A stretch of DNA of 34,717 bases, counting the filler, from Rhizaria sp. SCN 62-66 (lineage: Eukaryota), in assembly GCA_001724265.1 (NCBI GenBank). It is 2 parts of 2 records of this genome, joined end to end, with 100 filler letters (N's around TTAATTAATTAA, not from the genome) between each part and the next. Parts side by side here need not be neighbours in the genome. Positions count along the whole stretch, not along the records: positions 1 to 19,107 come from MEDY01000711.1; 1 more part is not named here. One strand, written 5' to 3'. Numbering within the stretch: the stretch's first letter is position 1; the number at the start of each line of letters is the position of its first letter. Of this stretch, positions 1 through 12,000 are shown piece after piece. The position numbers were made by a program, and so were the translations under genes. Under the pieces are notes generated by a model that was not told where the DNA came from, did no database searches, and saw nothing but the letters and a program-made list of their open reading frames with translations.

Positions 1-3000
1 GGCGCCGGGACCCGAGCCGAGCCCGGCAGCGGCCGCGGCGGCCGTAGCGGCGGCGGTGGTCGCGGAGACCGCGGACGAGGGCGCGCGCAGGGCTGCGGCA
101 CCGGTGAGCACCGCGGTCGGCGCGAGTGCGGAGGCGGCGGCGGCGAGCGCGGCCGTGCCGGCGGCGACGGCTGCGCCGAGCGCGATGGCGGCGGGCGCGG
201 CGGCAGCGGCGCCGGGCGCGAGCGGCGCGCCGTTGTTGCCCGCGCCGTTGCTCCCGCCGTTGCACTGCGGCGCGTCGGCGAGCGGCGCCGTGGCGCGCGT
301 GAGGTGCACCGCGCCGTCCACGCCGCCGGTCGACAGCACGTACTCGCCGCCGGGCAGCGGCGCGAAGGCGTGCGGCGTGAGCGGGGAGTCGGCCAGGAAC
401 GACAGCAGCGCGCTGGGAAACGGCAGCGCGGCCGACGCGCACACGCGGAGCGCGCCGCGGCCAACCGACGCGGTAGTGACCCCCACGGAGCTGCTCAGCG
501 AGAAGACAGCGCTGGCGGTGGAGGACACGGTCGCAAACGGCCGGCCGACCCCGCCCGCGCCGGCCTCGTCGCCGTCAGCGTCACCCGCAGCGGCGGCACT
601 GCTATGACTGTTGGTCGCACCAGAACCGTTGGCGCCGGTCGAGCTACTGTCGCAGTCAGTGTTGAAGCTGAACACACCGGCCGCGGCGGCGGAGACGGCG
701 GCGGTCTCGTGCTCTGGGTCGCCGCCCGCGCCGCCGACGCCGCGCGGCAGCGGCGCCGCGGCTGGTGCCGACGCCAGCGCCAGCGCCGCTGTGCTGGAGC
801 CCGAGACGAGCGGCGCGGGCCGCTTGGGGTCCATGCCGAGCGCGGTCAGGCTCACGGTCACCTCGGGGGCCGCGACGGCCAGCGTGCCCGCGCTGTTGCC
901 GTCCGACTGCGAGTTGTTGCGGCCTGCGCTGGACGTCACGGCCGTCGCGGACGCGTTGGTGCCAGACGCGGTGGTGAGCGCGGATGCGGGCAGCGTGGCG
1001 GCGCGGCGCTTTGCAGCCGCAGCGGCAGCCGCAACCGCGGCGGCGATTGCGGCAGTGACCGCAGAGGCCGGCAGGCCGTGCGCGGTGGACACGAGCGCGC
1101 TGAGCAAGTCTGGGTTGTCAGCGGTGAAGCGGCGCGCAAACAGTCCGGGCGCGCCGACAAGCAGGCCCGCCGTGGCCGTCGCTGCGGGCGTGGGCGGCGC
1201 GAGCGGCGGCGGCAGCGACAGCGGGCGGCACATGCGCGCCGCGAGCGCCTCCGTCACCACGGTGATGGGCAGCAGCAGCACGCGCGCGTGCGGCCGGCGC
1301 GAACACACGCCGGCGCCCGTCGGCGCGAGCGTCATCTGCGTCGCTATCGCGTGCAGCCCCACGGTGCGATCCGCAGTGATCGTGAGCAGGCTCGACGCGA
1401 ACGCGTGCTGCAGCAGCGGCACGTGCCAGCCCGCTGCGGCGGCCGCGGCGGCTGCGGCGGACGCAGCGACGGCGGCGGCCGCGGCGGGGGACATCGCGGA
1501 CGGGGCCAGCGCGCCGGCGCCGGCAGATGACGCGGTGGGCGCGTGGGCGAACGCCACGGGCGGCGCGGCGCCGGGCGCGGCGGGCAGCACCATTGCGGTG
1601 GTTAACAGACCGGGCGCGGCTGGAGGGAAGAGCACCAGACGCGCGCCGGTGGTGGGCTTGTCGCCGTTGGCCTCGTTGCTGCCGCGGCGGGCACGCGCGC
1701 GCGCGGCGGCGGCAGAGGACGGCGCCGCAACAGAGAGCGTCGACGGGGTGGCGGCGACCGCGGCAGCGGCGGCGGCGGCGGCAGCAGCGATGACGGTGCC
1801 GGTGGCCGACGCAGCGGCAGCGGCGGCCGCGGCGGAGACTGCGGTGTCGGAGACGTGTTCGAGCGTGACGAGCGGGGGCGCGTAGACTGACACGGCGTCG
1901 CAGGCGAGCGAGTTCACGCCCGTGGCCGCCGACAGCGACTGCGCGGGCATCAGCGCGGCCGACAGCGGGGCCGTGGGCGCCGACGCGGCGCCCGCGAGAG
2001 CGGCGGACTCCTCCACGAACGCGGTCTCGCCGGCGTCGCCGCTCTGCGCGGCGGCCTTGTCGGCCTTCTCGGCGGCGGCGGATGCAGCGCCCGCGGCGCC
2101 CGAGTCGTCGCCTGCCTCAACGCGCAGTGCAAACAGCGCCAGCGGCGCCGCAGGCGCGGAGGTATGCGTGGCGGCGAGTGGGGAGCGCGTGTTGGCGAGC
2201 ACGGCAACGCAGAGCACGGGGCTGCCGTGCAAGCGCAGCGGCTCGCGGGCCGCTCGGGCGGCGCCAGAGGGCACCAGCGCGGCGGCCGCGGCGTTGGGTG
2301 CGTGCAGCAGCGACTGCGGCAGCCGCGTGGCTGGCGCGGGCACGAAGGGCGTCGCGTGGTAAAGCGGGCCTCCCGCGGCGGCGCCGACTGTGACCACGGA
2401 CCAGACCGTGGCGGCGCTGGCGGCGGCGACGGAGCCGTCGGAAGGCGCGGGCGGCGGCACGGACATCACGGTGCCTGGCACCACGCCCAGCTGCAGACCG
2501 GCGGCGGCCGCGGCAGCGGTTACCGCGGTCGCGCTCGCGTTCGCGGACACAGGCGTCGGCACAGCAAGCGGGACAACCGCAGAGCTGTCCGCAGGCGCGT
2601 GAGTGGTAGTGCAAGCACTGGAGAGCGGCATGCGGCGGAGGATGCTGGACGACACGAACTTGGCTGCCGATGGCGGCGCGAGGCGGTCTGTATTGGGCGC
2701 ATATACCGAGCGCGCGCGCGCCGGGTGCATGCCGGTCAGCAGACGGCGCGGCGTCTGGCCGAAGTGGTGGATCTGCGCGATGGTCGCGTCGCGCAGCACG
2801 GGATCGTCGCCGAGCGAGTCCACCGTGACGGCGCCCTCGTAAGTGAGATGGAAGAAGAGGTTGTCGGCGCCATACGCGCTGCGGCCGCGCTGGCGGCAGC
2901 CGAAGATGAGGTCAATCCAGGCGGGCAGGTGGGCGGAGACGTACTCGCTCTCGAGCAGAGAGCGGAGGATGCGCACGCACTCGGCCGGGGAGCGGCGCGC

Positions 3001-6000
3001 CCACGGCGGCAGCAGAACGCCGGCGACGCGCGAGCGGTCCGGGCGTGGCGCAGCGCCGGATCCGGCGATCTTGGCCTCGTCCTCGGCGGCCTCGGCGGTC
3101 GCGTTGGGATCCTCCTCCTTGCCTTCGTCGTCCTCGGCGTCCTTGTCCTTGCGGCGGCCCAGGTCGAGCCCGGTGTCGTTGCGGTACACCGCAGGGTTGA
3201 AGTAAAAGTCAGGCACAAGCTCCTTGACGTCGGCCGTGTTGGTGAGACAGCCTTCCCAGGCGTTGTGCAGCCCGTGCAGCAGCCGCGACGGGTGGTCGAA
3301 CCGGCCCGATTGCAGGTGCACCGCGCGCGCAGTGAAGGGCGCGGCGCGGAGCAGGAAATTCAACACAGCGCCCGGGTTAGAGTAGTGCGTGCCATAGTGG
3401 AAGGGCGGGGGGAGTCCGTCGTGGATCTGCAGCCACTCCTGCGTCGTCGGCGCGACGGCCTTGCCCAAGGCGGCCGCGCGCTGCTGCTTCTCGCCGCGCA
3501 GACGCTCGCGCTCGCGGGCGCGGCGGCGCAGCTCCTTGTCGGTGCCGCCGCCGAGCGGGGGCTCACGCAGGGCTTCCTCCGCGGCCGCGTCTTCGGGGCC
3601 CATGTAGCCGTCCTCATCCTCATCTTCGTCGCCGCCGGTCAGCGACGCCGCCTGCGACCGGTAGCGGCGGCGCACGGTGGCCAGACGCTCCGGCGCCAGC
3701 GCGCCAATGGGTCGCGCGAGGTTGCGGAAGAACCGCGCGTCGGCCGTGTCAAGCGCGCGCACAGCGAAGGCCGTGGAGCCCGCGGCCGCGGCGGCGGGCA
3801 CCGAGGCGTTGGGCCCGTCGTAGAAGCCTGCGAGTACCCAGGGAAAGACGGGGTACTGCGAGAGGTCGTTGAACGAACGTCCCGCGAGCGTGTTGAGGTG
3901 CATGAGGTACTCGAAGTTGGACAGCCCGCGGGCGACCCATTTGGCCGTGAGCTGCGACACCGCCAGCACTTCCGCGGGGGGGCGGATGCGGAGTGTTGTG
4001 GCGCCAAAGAGCCCCTCGGATGCGGCGACGTACGGGTAGCTATAGGGCGTGGCCAGCGACGCCGTGCGCAGCAGCAGCGATCGCGACGCGAGCCCGGCCG
4101 CGGGGACCGGTCCGGCGCCAGTGACAGTGAGCCACAACGGCTTGTGCTGCAGCGCCGTCACTGGGTCGACCTCGGCGGCCACCCACTCGCCGTTGGCGTG
4201 CCACTCGCCGCCACCGCACACGCCCGCGCTCGCGGCGGCCATCGCGGCCACCGCGCTCGCGTCACGCACCAGCGTCGCCGCGCCGCCGCCCAGCGCGGCG
4301 GCCGCGGCGTCGGCGAGCAGAGACGCGTCAGCGGTGATCGGGTGGCGCGCGCTGCCGCCGGCGACGTCAGCGCCGCGCGCGCCGGTGGTCGAAGCTAGCG
4401 ACGCCGCACCGAGCGCGCCGGAGGACGCGGCCAGACCGGAGCCGGCGCCGGCGCGGATACCCGCGGCCAGAGCACTGGGCAAGCCGGTCACCGCCATGGC
4501 GGCCGCGGCAAACGCGGCGGGCACGGCGTGGGCCAGCGCGAGCAGCACGCGGTCGGCGGCAGCGGTCGCGGTGCGCACACTGGCGCGCGCGGCAGCCGCG
4601 GCGGCGGAGACGGCGGCGCGCGCGACGCGTCCTCCGCGACCACCGGGCCCACGGAGCCCACGGGCGGGCGTCGCGGCGGCGTGCGCGGCGGCGGCGTCCG
4701 CGGCGTCGGCGTCATCGGCCGAGGGCGTAATAGGGAACAAGAACAGCGCGCTGCTGCCGTCGCTAAAGAAGACCTCGACGGCGGTGCGCGGGTGCATCAG
4801 CTGGCGCCGCGGCTGCGCTGAGACGATCTCACGCAGCGGCCACTGGCGCGACCAGCGCTGCGCGTGCGCGCCGCGCGCGGCCGCCGCGGTAGCCGAGTCG
4901 GCGGCGGCGGCGTCGAGCGCGGCCTGCGGGGGCAGCGTGGTATCGAGCAGCAGCGCGGAGCCGCCCGACGCGTAGGGCGTGACCGTGAGCAGCTGCACCG
5001 CGGGGTCGCAGTGGTGCGCGCGCACGCCCGCGGTCAGCGCTGTGCTCACGGTGCCAGCCGCGGCGGCCTCGGCGGCGGCGGCGGCGGAGGCGGCGAGAGT
5101 CGCCGTGAGCGCGGACGCGGGCTCGAAGTACAGCATTGTTGCGCCGATACTCAGCGTGCCTGAGACGGGCTCACCGGCGACCGCGATGAGGCAGCAGCGT
5201 TCGGGGCGGCCCAGCGGGAGCCCGCCGAGCGTGGGCAGCGAGGGCACAGCGATGGTGCCCACGGAGGCGTCTTGCAGCGACGCCAGCGGCGGGCGCGGCA
5301 GCAGCAGGCCGCGCGGCGGCAACTGCGGCGGCGGCGCGGCGGTCGCCAGCAGCGCGGCGGGGGTGCGCGCGCGGAAACGGAAGCGGGTGCGCCGCGAGCG
5401 ACTGTCGCTGCCGAACAGCGAGCTCGAGGCGGCATTGGTGGCTGCGGTGCGCGAGGGCGCGGAAGCAGTGTGGGCGGACATGTAGTCGCAGCCCACAGTC
5501 CCCGCGGTGCCGCTGCCGCCGCCGCCGCTGTAGCCGCCGCCGCTGGCGCCGGGGTCCGTGGCGACGAGATCAGTGGCGACGTCAATGAGGTCCCAGGCCG
5601 ACGTCGAGGGCTGCGCTGAGAGCGGCGGCCGGCCAGAGTCGGACGGCGGCGACGAGCGGCGCGGCGACGCGCGGCGCGGGGACGCACGGCGCGGGGACGC
5701 ACGGCGTTGCGGGGAGGCGCGCCGTTGCGGCGACGGAGACGAGCGGCCGCGCGCAGGCGTAGCCGTGCCGTCTGCGGAGACGGCGCCGAACTCGGCGCTG
5801 CTCGCGATAGCAGCAGAGGGGCGGGATGAAGGTGACGCGCTGCGACTGCGGCTGCGGACATGAGTGTTGCCGGCGGAGCCAGATGCAGCAGCCGCCGGCT
5901 GGGCACTGGCGGAGTCAGCGGCAGCCGCAGCGGCCGAGGCGGAGGCAAGAGCGGTGTCGCCGACGCTGCCGTGCTCGCCACCGGTGACCGCGGGCGCGAA

Positions 6001-9000
6001 GCCGGTGATCGTGGGGGCAGGACGCGCAGATGCAGTTGATGACGTCGTGACAGCGCGCTTGCGGCGGGCAACACGAGAGGCCGGTGGTCTGCGGACGGTG
6101 CGCGAGCGAGAAACTTCCTTGCCCGCGGCGACGCCAACTGCGGTCGCACCAGCGTCAGCAGCGGCAGTGCTGTCTGGGTTGGTGTGGTCCACGCTGTCCT
6201 TCTCGCCGGCTACGGCGGCCGTCGTCGCACTTGTTGCAGCAGGAATGTCCTGGTCGGCGTCAGTATGAGCGATCGCATGTTCGAGCTCTTGGTCAGCATC
6301 GTCATCGTCGTCGATAACGCCTTGCTCGCCCTCCGCGTCCGCTTCAACGCCGTCATCGCCCTCGAACTCGTCCTCTTCGCCGTCAAAGGCACCGACTGAG
6401 ACGGAGCCCTCGCTGGCGGCCTCATGACCAGGCTCAGGGACAGTGGCCACAGGCAAGACCGACAGCCCAGTGACATCCTCCACAGGGCCTGCCGCAGACG
6501 GTGAGTCAACCGTCACGCTGGCACTGCCAACAGCTGTCACTGCGGCGGCGGCGGCAGCGGCGGCCTCGGCAGCCTCGTTCAGCGCAGCAGCCTCGGCAGC
6601 CGCCTCAGCAGCCGCAGCCTTGGCCGCCGCAACCTTCGCAGCAGCAGCGGCCGCGGCAGACTCCATCGCCTTGGCCGCAGCCTTAGCGGCCGCAGCAGCC
6701 TTGGCGGCGGCCTTCGCAGCGCGGGCCTCAACGACGGCGGTGCCACGCGCAGTGGCAACACCCTTGACAGCAACGCCCATCGAGTCGGCCGCGGCGGAGA
6801 TCGCGGCGCGCGTCACGGCGAGCGCGCTGGTCGAGGCCAGACGGGCCGCACCGGCGCCAGAGCCGCCACCGCCGATGCCGGCAGCAAGCGCTACGACGCG
6901 GCCGTGGGCCGCAGAGGCGCCCGCAAGCGCGGCGGCGTCGGGATCGCTGTTGACGTCGCGCAGCTCGGTGAGAGCGGTGCTGCCGGCAGTGATCACAGTG
7001 GCCGCAGCAGGCTGACGCACGCGCAGTGAAGACTCGCGGTCAGGCTGGATCCACACGACGGCTGGAGGCGGCGTGAGAAGCTCAGACCGGCCACGGCCGC
7101 GGTTGCGGGTCAGTGCACGCTCGCGAGCGTACGTGCGCGCACGCCACGTCTTCGCAGCAACAGCAGAAGACTTGCTGGTTCCGTCATCGTCGCTGCTGGT
7201 CTCGTCGTCGTCGGTGGTCTCGTCGAGCTCCCAGCCGTCCTTGACTTCCTCGGCGTAGTCTCTAGCGTGGGCGTTGACTACAGCACCGCCGGCGCGGAAC
7301 GCGCGCGGCGCAGGCGCGATGGGCGCCATGAGCTCCAGCACCACAGAGGCGGCGCCGGGAGCGAACGGCGACGAGACGACGGAGCCCGGATGCGCGTAAC
7401 CGCGGCACAGCGCCTCGATCTCAGACAGCGCGCGCGCGTAGTGACTAGCCAGAGCACCAGCAGCAGCAGCGCGGCGCGGGAGGGCTTCGGGACGCCATGA
7501 GAGCGCAGCAGCGGCGATGGCAGCGAGACGCTCGGCCGCAGCGGCGCCGGGTGCAGCGGGCAGCGGCTGCGGCTCAAACAGCAGACGTGTGGCCGCGCGA
7601 CAAGCAGGCGCGGGCAGACAGGCGAAGGCGGTGCGCGGCGCAGGCAGTGCGCGGACCGACTTGGCGACGAGCTGAGCGCGCGCCAGTTGGGCCAGACGCA
7701 GCGACACAATCGCGGCGGCGGCGGTCTCAGCGGGCGCGGGCTGCACAGAGGCGCCGGGGCCGGCGTCCTCATTGGCAGCCGCAGCCAGCGCAAGCCGAGA
7801 GCCCGCGGCGTCGGCGAGCGCGGTCACGGCAGCGGGCGCGTTCTCGTTCGCCAGAGCTGCAACGACGCCGCGGACGCGGGCGCGCGCAGCCGCGTGCGAC
7901 AGAGACACGGGCACGACCGTGGGCGGGCGAGGCGCCGGCATCGCGGGCACCGGCGGTGGCTGAGGCGGGCGCGGCTGGTTGTTCTTGGCCGCGACGATCG
8001 CGGCCTGCGCGGCCTGCTGGCAGAGGCGCGTCCACGCCGCGTGCTGCTGCTTGAGGTCCATGTACACGCGGTCGTGGTTCGCCTGCAGGCGCGCGAGGTG
8101 GCTGTGCGCGCGCTCGTGCGGCGCCGTGGCGAGCAGCGACAGCAACCGATGCAGCAGCCCGGCCCACAGCGCGCGCTGGAAGCCGGCGGCGTCGCGCTCG
8201 GAGGGCGAGAAGCCGCCCGCGATGGATCGCGCGCGCAGCCCGGACCAGCGCGGCAGCGGCGGGTCCTTGGCGGCGATCTCGGCGGCCGTCGCGGCGGCGA
8301 GCGCGGCCTTGGCGCGAGCAGCGGCGGCAGCGGCAGCCGTGGTCGGCGCGGCGGGCGCGCGGGGGGCCGGGGCATGCGCGAGAGTGAGCGACTGGCCGAA
8401 GAGCGTGAGCAGACCGTCAGCAGTGGGCGGCAGCGGCGGGAGGCGCGGCAGTGGATCCGGGGTGGAGAGCGTGGGCAGCGCGTTGAGCTGCGCCACGCCG
8501 CGGTGCCACTCGACCTCGAGCGCGCCGTCCACGGACTCGGGGTCGAGACCGACGGAGACGAACATCTCGGCGGACGCGGCGGTGGCCGCAGCGACGGCGG
8601 CGTTGGTGGTGTCAACCTCGGGCTCGAGCACGACGTCCGAAACCTGCGGGTGCAGCGCAGCGACGGCTGTGGCAGCGGCGCGGTGCGCGGCCTGTAGCAT
8701 CGCAAGCGCGCCGCCGCGGATGACAGCAAGCAGCGCGAGCAGGCGTTTAGTGGCGGCGGGCGCCGCCAGAGAGTCTTGCTGGCCGAGGCGCGGCAGCAGG
8801 CGCACGAGAGCCGGGGAGTTGGCGGCAGCGAGCGCGACGGGCGACGCGTTGGCAGGCAGACCGGCGACGCGGCCGTGGCCTTGGCCAGAGGAGGTGGACG
8901 CCGGCGGCTGTAGCCACCACTCCCAGGCGCCGACGCGCTCCAGCAGCAGCAACGCGGCCATCAGGACCTCGTACGTGGCCACGAGCGGCGCAGCGCCGGC

Positions 9001-12000
9001 GGCTTCAGCAGACCAGAGCCCGCCGATACCGGCGTTGTTCCCGCCGGCAGCAGGCGCGGGCGTTGTGGTAGGTGCATCAGCGGCGACCTCAGCGGCAGCC
9101 TCGGCCCAGACAGGCAACCGCTCGCACATGTTCTTCCATGCAGCGCCCATCGGGACCAACGGCGCGCCGGAAGACGGCACCGTGGCCGTTGCCAGGTCAA
9201 TGGTCGCGGACGCACCGCTCTCAGCGGAGTTGTTCTGCGCGTTGCCGTACGACGCGAACTCGAGCTGCGCCGCGAAGTCGAACTCGAACGCGCCGCCGTG
9301 GCTGTGGCCGACGTGGTGCGAAAGCGATGCGAACGGGTCCGCCGAGAAGGGGTCCGCCGGCGCTGCTTGGCCGACGAAGCCGCTGGCGCTCGCGGCTGTG
9401 GCGGCAGCGTCCTCTTTGTCGAGCAGCTGCAGCAGTGCGTCGACGTCCAGACCGGCGACTGCAGCGGCGAGCGCGGCAACGGAGAGGCCCGTCTCGGCCA
9501 GCGAGCCGGGCAGCGGCGGCGTGGGCGTGACGCCCGACACCATCGCCTCGGCGGCGCCCTCGGTCATCGTGCCCAGGAGCGCGGACACCGCGCGCATCGA
9601 CGCGAGCGCGCGCGCAGGCGCGGTGAGCGGGCGCGGCACGAACACGACGCCGACGGCGCTCGCAGCAGGGCCGGCGGGCAGGGGGGCGCCGAAGGCTGCG
9701 GCGAGCGCGGCGTGCGCGGGCGAGCGGCCCGGCGGCAGCGGCGAGGCCTCCATCTCATAAAGATAGCCCGCCTCGAGCGCGTGCGGCGACGCCAGCGTCT
9801 TGCCCGCAGCACGGAGCAGCGCGGCTGCAGAGGGCGGCGGCACGGGGGCCGCGGTAAGCATCGGCGTCGCGGTCACGGCGGCATCGCCGAGACTGGAGCC
9901 AGCGGCGCGGCCACCGGCAGCAGTCGCAGCGGCCGCGGCGGCGGAGGTCACGCGCGAGCTGCGGCGGCGCCCGGCGTCCTTCTTGTCAAGACGGCGGCGC
10001 AGCGCCGCGAAGACGTTACCGGACCCGGAGCCGTGAGTGCTCTGAGAGCCGCCACGAGCGCGGGGGTTGCTGCCACCGCGGCTGTCAGCGGTAGCAAACG
10101 CAAAGGGCGGGAGACCGGTGACGGGGTCGATGGCGTAGCAGCCGACGAACTCGTCCTCGTCGTCGTCGTCGAGGTCGATGCCGTGGTCTCCGGCTCTAAA
10201 GTCGTCGTCGTCATCGTCGCCGCCTGCGGCCACCATGTCAAACGTGTCGGAGCCTTCGCCTTCATCGTCATCAGCATCACCCGCGACGGCCAGTGCGGCA
10301 GCTGCAGCCGCAGACGCGGCCGCAGCAGCGGCACCAGCGGCGGCAACAGCCTTGGCGTCGTGCGTGCTGGCTGCAGTAACGAAGAGACCGCCGGAGGCGG
10401 AGGCGTCGGGCAGGATCATGCTCGACGTCGGCGCAGTGTTCTGGCGCGGGCGCGGTCCGGGAGTAGACGGCGCCACAGTCATCGCGGTCGAGCTGGCGCT
10501 GTTGACAATCGGAGCAGCGGAGGCGTTGCTCGCGCTGACGGTGCCGCGACGGCTAGACGTGGAGCTAGAGCCCACATTGCTGGAGCTCTTGACGGCGGAC
10601 GTGCTGCGGCGGCCCGTGCCAGCGGCTGCAATTGTGGCGGCCGCGGCAGTCTCGGTGGACACGCGCTCGCGCCAGAACGCACCCTCTTCCCAGGCCGCGT
10701 CCTGCAGTGCCATGACAGCGGCGGCGGCAGTGACGATGAGAGCGGCCTCGCCCTCGGCCAGCGGAGCCCAGCCAGGGGTCTCGGCGCCGCCGCAGCCGCC
10801 AGCGCCGGCAGCGGCCGCGAGCGGACAGCCGGGCAGCGCGAGGCCTGCGAGTGCGGGCGCAAGGCGCGCGGCCGAAGCGTCGGAGAGCACGGCCAGTACG
10901 GGCGCGCCGTCGACGGGGCACACGGCGCCCTCGGCGGCCACTGCGGCGGCGGCGGCGGCGACCGGCGTGGGGACCTGGGAAGCGGACGAAGCCGTCAGCG
11001 GCGTAAGGTCGGGCCAGCGGCACACCGCAGCCGCGGCAGCAACGCCGCGGATGGCGCTGTTGGCGTTGTTGCTGTTGCTACTGCCGTTGCTCGCGCTGCG
11101 ATGCATCACCAGCGCTGTGCTGGAGCCATCGGCTGCAGAGCGCGGCGCCGGGGGAAACACGCGCGCGGGCGCGGTGCCCGCGGCGAGCTCCGGCACTGGG
11201 ATCGGTACGCGCAGCGGCGAGCGCGGGTGCGAGTGAGCAATGATGCGCGCCCACACCACAGCCGCGGCGACGGTCGCGACGTGCTCAAGGTTCTCCTGCA
11301 GCACGCGGGCGCGGCGGCGGCGGCGGCGGTGCTGCAGCAGATGCGCGGACGCGGCGGCGTTGGCGGCGGCGTTGGCGGCGGCCATCGCGGCCAGGTCGCC
11401 ACCGGAGCCGGCAGCAGCGCTCGCGGCGGCAGCGGCGGCGGCGGAAGCAGCCTTGGCGGCGGCCTGAACCGCGGGGTCGTCGGCGCGGTAGGCGGTCAGC
11501 TGCGACACCTTTTGCAGCAGCGCAATCAGGAACGGCAGCACGGGCGGGCCTGGTAAAGCAAGCGACGCGGGCGCGGTCGGCGGGGCGGGCGGCAACAGAG
11601 CGGCCGTGACGTTGCTGCTCGAGTTGTTCACGGGGCCAGACGGGCCAGAGGGGCGGCAGAGTAGCTCGCCAGCGGCGGAGACGTCGACTGCATGCGCCAC
11701 TGCGGCGGCTAGCGCGGCCGCGGAGGCAGCAGCGGCGGCAGACGAAGAAAGCGCAGCCTCGCACACGCGCTGAAACAGGGTCCAGCCCTCCGGCGCGAGC
11801 GTCAGAGCGAGGTTTGTGTACGTGCAGAGCAGGCGCGTCGCCACGGAGGCGACTGCGGAGGGCGCGACAACAGTCGCCGCCGTCGCCGCAGCGCGCGCGG
11901 CGCCGCGGGGCGCGGTGAACGGCCGGGTGAGCGTGCCGATGACAGCGGCCGCGGCGCGCTGGCGCCAGCGCGCGGCGTCGAGAGCGAGCTCCACGAGGTG

